Below are positions 60,774 to 64,000 of a stretch of DNA of 64,000 bases, in pieces (positions within the stretch are counted from its first letter, which is position 1; the number at the start of each line of letters is the position of its first letter). A program made the translations under genes and the position numbers. Under the pieces are notes generated by a model, which saw nothing but the letters and a program-made list of their open reading frames with translations, searched no databases and was not told the origin of the DNA. Source of the stretch: Isurus oxyrinchus (Eukaryota); NCBI GenBank assembly GCA_026770705.1, contig JANJGN010000038.1, forward strand, positions 9,610,001-9,674,000. The letters are read 5' to 3'.

Positions 60774-62069
60774 ACATTCAGATTAGACACAAACATTGTC
60801 TTCACCAACATTGACACTGAATTAGAATATAAAAAAAAAGATCAGGAACTGGTCATTCGGCCCCTCGAGCATCTTCAGCTACTGAATAAGATCATGTGAA
60901 AACTTCAATCATCATCCACTTTCTAACATCCGGACGTTCAGTTACTGAACAGTCTCAACTCAAAGAAATATCCTGTTGCATCTTTTAAGACTACTGTTTT
61001 TTCTCTCTGTACAATCTTAATATGAAGCTATAGGACTAACATGAATAAAAACGAGAGACCCAACCACATTGGCACACACACAGAAAATCACAATCGTTGT
61101 TAAGATTTGAAATAGTGAATATTTTCACACTGTCTTTCATTGCGCAGAAAGTGGAGCTGTGATCAGCTTATAGCTCAGAAGATGTACAGCAAGAATGTAT
61201 ATAACAGGCTGATGCTCACAGTGCCTGTTGGGACTCGGTGAGCTGCATCTTACAATTGAAACCATTTAAATGTCATTCAACGAGTCCGGTTCCAAATTCT
61301 GTGCTAGAAATTATAAGGAAACTTGCTGAATTTGCTTATTGTCTTAAATTGAAAGCATCACATGGAAGATAAGAAAGTTTCTCTTAACCGTGGTGTTAGG
61401 AAACATAACATGACAGAAAGTTACAGCAAATAAAAAGGCCATTCGGCCCTGTGTGCTGCTTTCAAATAACAGTGTGATTGGTTGATCTGAATACTCAATG
61501 ATATCAGTCATTTCGGAAGAATGGGCAAAAAGGAAAACGAGGCGGGGTCACGCTGTTAATAAGGAACAAGATCGCTACATCGGTGAGTGATGGTCTTAGA
61601 TTGAAGGGTCAAGATGTAGAATCAGTTTGGGTGGAGCTAGTGAACAGCAAACATTGGTGGAAGTTGTTTATAGGCCACCAAACTGTAATGGTAATGTTGG
61701 GCAAGGCATAAATCAGGGAATTAGAGCTGCATAAGACATGGGTAATAAAGGAATAATATCCTGCCTCGCACCACGAGCTCTATAGTCAGTGCTTTGTAAC
61801 CTATCACAGCCCACCTCTTTTATTTTCACCCCTCACTCCGACTCTGGATTTATTCCCAGCTCTGATGTGAAACTTCCATTCTCACTCCAGCAATTCTGGC
61901 AGAGCTAAACCGTGTTATTTTCAACCAGTAAATCAATCACATTGATTTGATCAGCTCGCCCAGGGACAAACTTGACTCACATTTGTTGTGCGAATTCATG
62001 TTAAAATGTTGCAGAGACAATCATCAGCGTGAAAGATAAAACAGGAGAGTGGCTCTTTCTATATATATC

Positions 62070-62240
62070 CTACAACAACAACTTCTTTTATAAAGCGCCT
62101 TTTAATCTAATGAAACCTTCACAAGGCGTTCCCCGTGAGCATTTTATCACAAAGTGTGACACCGAGCCTCATATTCGGTCAGATGACTAAAAGCTCGGTC
62201 AAAGGGGGAGGCTTTGAGAACTATCTTAAAGGAGGAAAGT
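62070..62240 (-). mobile_element. L2-type LINE/SINE 3' end fragment
   Basis: ACAACAACAAC tail followed by TATAAAGCGCCTTT...CAAGGCG...GACACCGAGCC; recognised from memory. Confidence 0.55.
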
Positions 62241-62699
62241 AACTATTTCATGTTCCAGCTAACAGCAATGGTTCTTCTCATTGGTGAAGATGTCACTTGT
62301 GTTCATCTGACACAGAACATTTGGTTAGAGAAAGTTGTCTCTGGTGAAAGAGATCAGGAATGAAAAAAAAAGTCCAAAATAGCCTCCATAATCCACCTGT
62401 CCAGCTTTATCGGTAGTTTCTCTGATGTCCAGTGACTGGGAATCGGCGCTTTCATTTGACCAACAACGAATAGGGTGGAGGGTTTTGGAAATTGAAAGTT
62501 GCACAAGTGCAGCTTGTGGGACGATTTCAGTTTACTGTCAATTTCATGTTCCAGCTCACAGCAACTGTTGTTTTCATTGGCTGAGAAAGTCCTTTGTGTT
62601 AAGCCTAAACAGGCACTTTTGTGGTGAAAGAGATCTGAACTGAGGAACAATAGGCAAAAGCAGCATAGACAAGCCGAATCGAAAACTGCTGGTGCAGCT

Positions 62700-62771
62700 T
62701 ACCTGGTGGTCTAATGGTCAGGATTCAGCGCTTTTCCCGCCGCGATCCAGGTTCCTTTCCCAGTCAGGGGT
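62700..62771 (+). pseudogene. tRNA-Glu pseudogene, full length
   Basis: TACCTGGTGGTCTAATGGTCAGGATTCAGCGCTTTTCCCGCCGCGATCCAGGTTCCTTTCCCAGTCAGGGG; anticodon loop and B box mutated. Confidence 0.85.
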
Positions 62772-63774
62772 TGTCGATTTATTAAGTTTATTCGAACGAG
62801 TGTTGATTATTCATTAATTGGGAACGTTTGAAAACTCCACCATAATCAGAGGAGTGAGAGTTTAAGTTTCCCTTCAGAGCCGGAAATCATCGCAAATGGT
62901 TCAAGTGGAGCGGGGCCATTAAACTGGTTAAAGAAATGTTGGTGTGAGGCCAAATATGGGCGGGGAAAGTACGAATTTTGCTGCCTACCGTTTGCACTGG
63001 CACAAATATCACTCCTGATGTATCAACCAATCACTACTGCTCTTTGAAAGCAGCACGCCCGGCCGAATGGCCACTTTCTGTGCTGTGACTTTCTATAATT
63101 TTATGTTTCCCAACAGCACGGGTCATTCTGCCATTTTGTAACCCACTCGAGCGAGATGCACTTTCTTACCTTGGATTCGGCTCTTTTGATACCAAAACAC
63201 GGAGCAAATTCAGTGAGTTTTCTTGTCATTTCCAGCACGAGATTTGTAACGAGACTAATTGAACAACACATTAATGGTGCCGATCCTTCAATGGAGCTCA
63301 CCGTGTCCAAAGAGCACTGTCACCATCACCCTGTTATGTACCTTCTTGCAGTATATCTGCTGAACAATATCAGCTTATCACAGCTCTGCTTTCTTCACAT
63401 TGAAATCCAGTGTGAAAATCAATTAAAAAGCTGAACAACTGGGAGGGGAGTGACTGTGGATAATCGGGACTGTGCACATTCCTGCATCTGGGAGAACCAG
63501 GAAAATGAGGTTCAGATGTCTCTTTACTCACTAGTTTTACCCATTCCCACGAACAGACTGTGTCTGCATCGAGCAGCTCAATGACCTGGGAGCAGGACGG
63601 GCAGAGGGAGCTGGAGGCGAGGCAGGGACAGAAGCAGAAAGAGATGCGACATGAAAGTATTTTGAATTTGATGTGTGTCAGTAGTTTTCAGTGGTGAATT
63701 TCTGCCTTGTACTTTTCACAGGAGCTGCAGTGATTAGTTGGTGTTTCTTGAAGCAGGAAGATGTAAAAGTTAAG

Positions 63775-63900
63775 AGATAAAAGAAAATCACTGCGCATGA
63801 TGGAAACCTGAAACACAAACAGAAAATGCTGGAAAAGCGACAGCAGCTGGAGGGAGAAACAGAGCGAATGTTTCCAGTCCGTATGATCCTGTGTCAGAAT
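63775..63900 (-). mobile_element. Old PLE terminal-repeat fragment
   Basis: GGAAACCTGAAACACAAACAGAAAATGCTGGAAA...GTCCGTATGA resembles 7455-7550; similar fragments at ~27600-27680 and ~55715-55830. Confidence 0.6.
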
Positions 63901-63909
63901 TTGAAACAG

Positions 63910-63974
63910 CGCCTAGCTTGGGGTTCGAACCCACGACCCTCAATCACATGCGCTATTGGCTGAGCTAGCCAGGC
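63910..63974 (-). pseudogene. tRNA-Lys pseudogene, anticodon arm partly deleted
   Basis: Minus GCCTGGCTAGCTCAGCCAATAGCGCATGTGATTGAGGGTCGTGGGTTCGAACCCCAAGCTAGGCG. Confidence 0.8.
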
Positions 63975-64000
63975 ACGTGCGCAATTATTGCATATCCCAA

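Overview
Eukaryotic, repeat-dense vertebrate DNA. The repeat families and genes point to a cartilaginous fish, probably a shark (inference). It is not prokaryotic: there are no operons or CRISPR arrays, and most ORF-track entries are spurious or transposon fragments. Host genes all appear disabled. (1) An immunoglobulin light-chain constant exon (2279-2599) is frameshifted and lacks its core Trp; no V or J segment lies in the window. (2) Two divergently oriented two-exon class-A GPCR genes of the GPR139/GPR142-like type: one on the minus strand (20464-24773, 1-nt frameshift) and one on the plus strand (40719-55077, in-frame TAG, 13.4-kb intron). (3) A decaying tandem cluster of nine tRNA pseudogenes (Glu/Ser/Leu/Lys, 57.3-64 kb). 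Mobile DNA includes a near-intact Penelope-like element (RT + GIY-YIG) whose terminal repeats carry minimal hammerhead-ribozyme motifs with a non-canonical CUGUYGA core, several fold-back Penelope end pairs, many CR1 LINEs (two with 5' tandem monomer arrays), CR1/L2-type LINEs, SINEs and a Gmr1-like Gypsy remnant. A ~7-kb GAATC-rich satellite with higher-order structure and two ancient minisatellites, each about 0.5 kb upstream of a GPCR first exon, lie between the two GPCR genes. There is one assembly gap (39332-39482). I found no convincing wholly new biological system. The best leads are the variant ribozyme, the GPCR cluster with its promoter architecture, and the CR1 5' monomer arrays.
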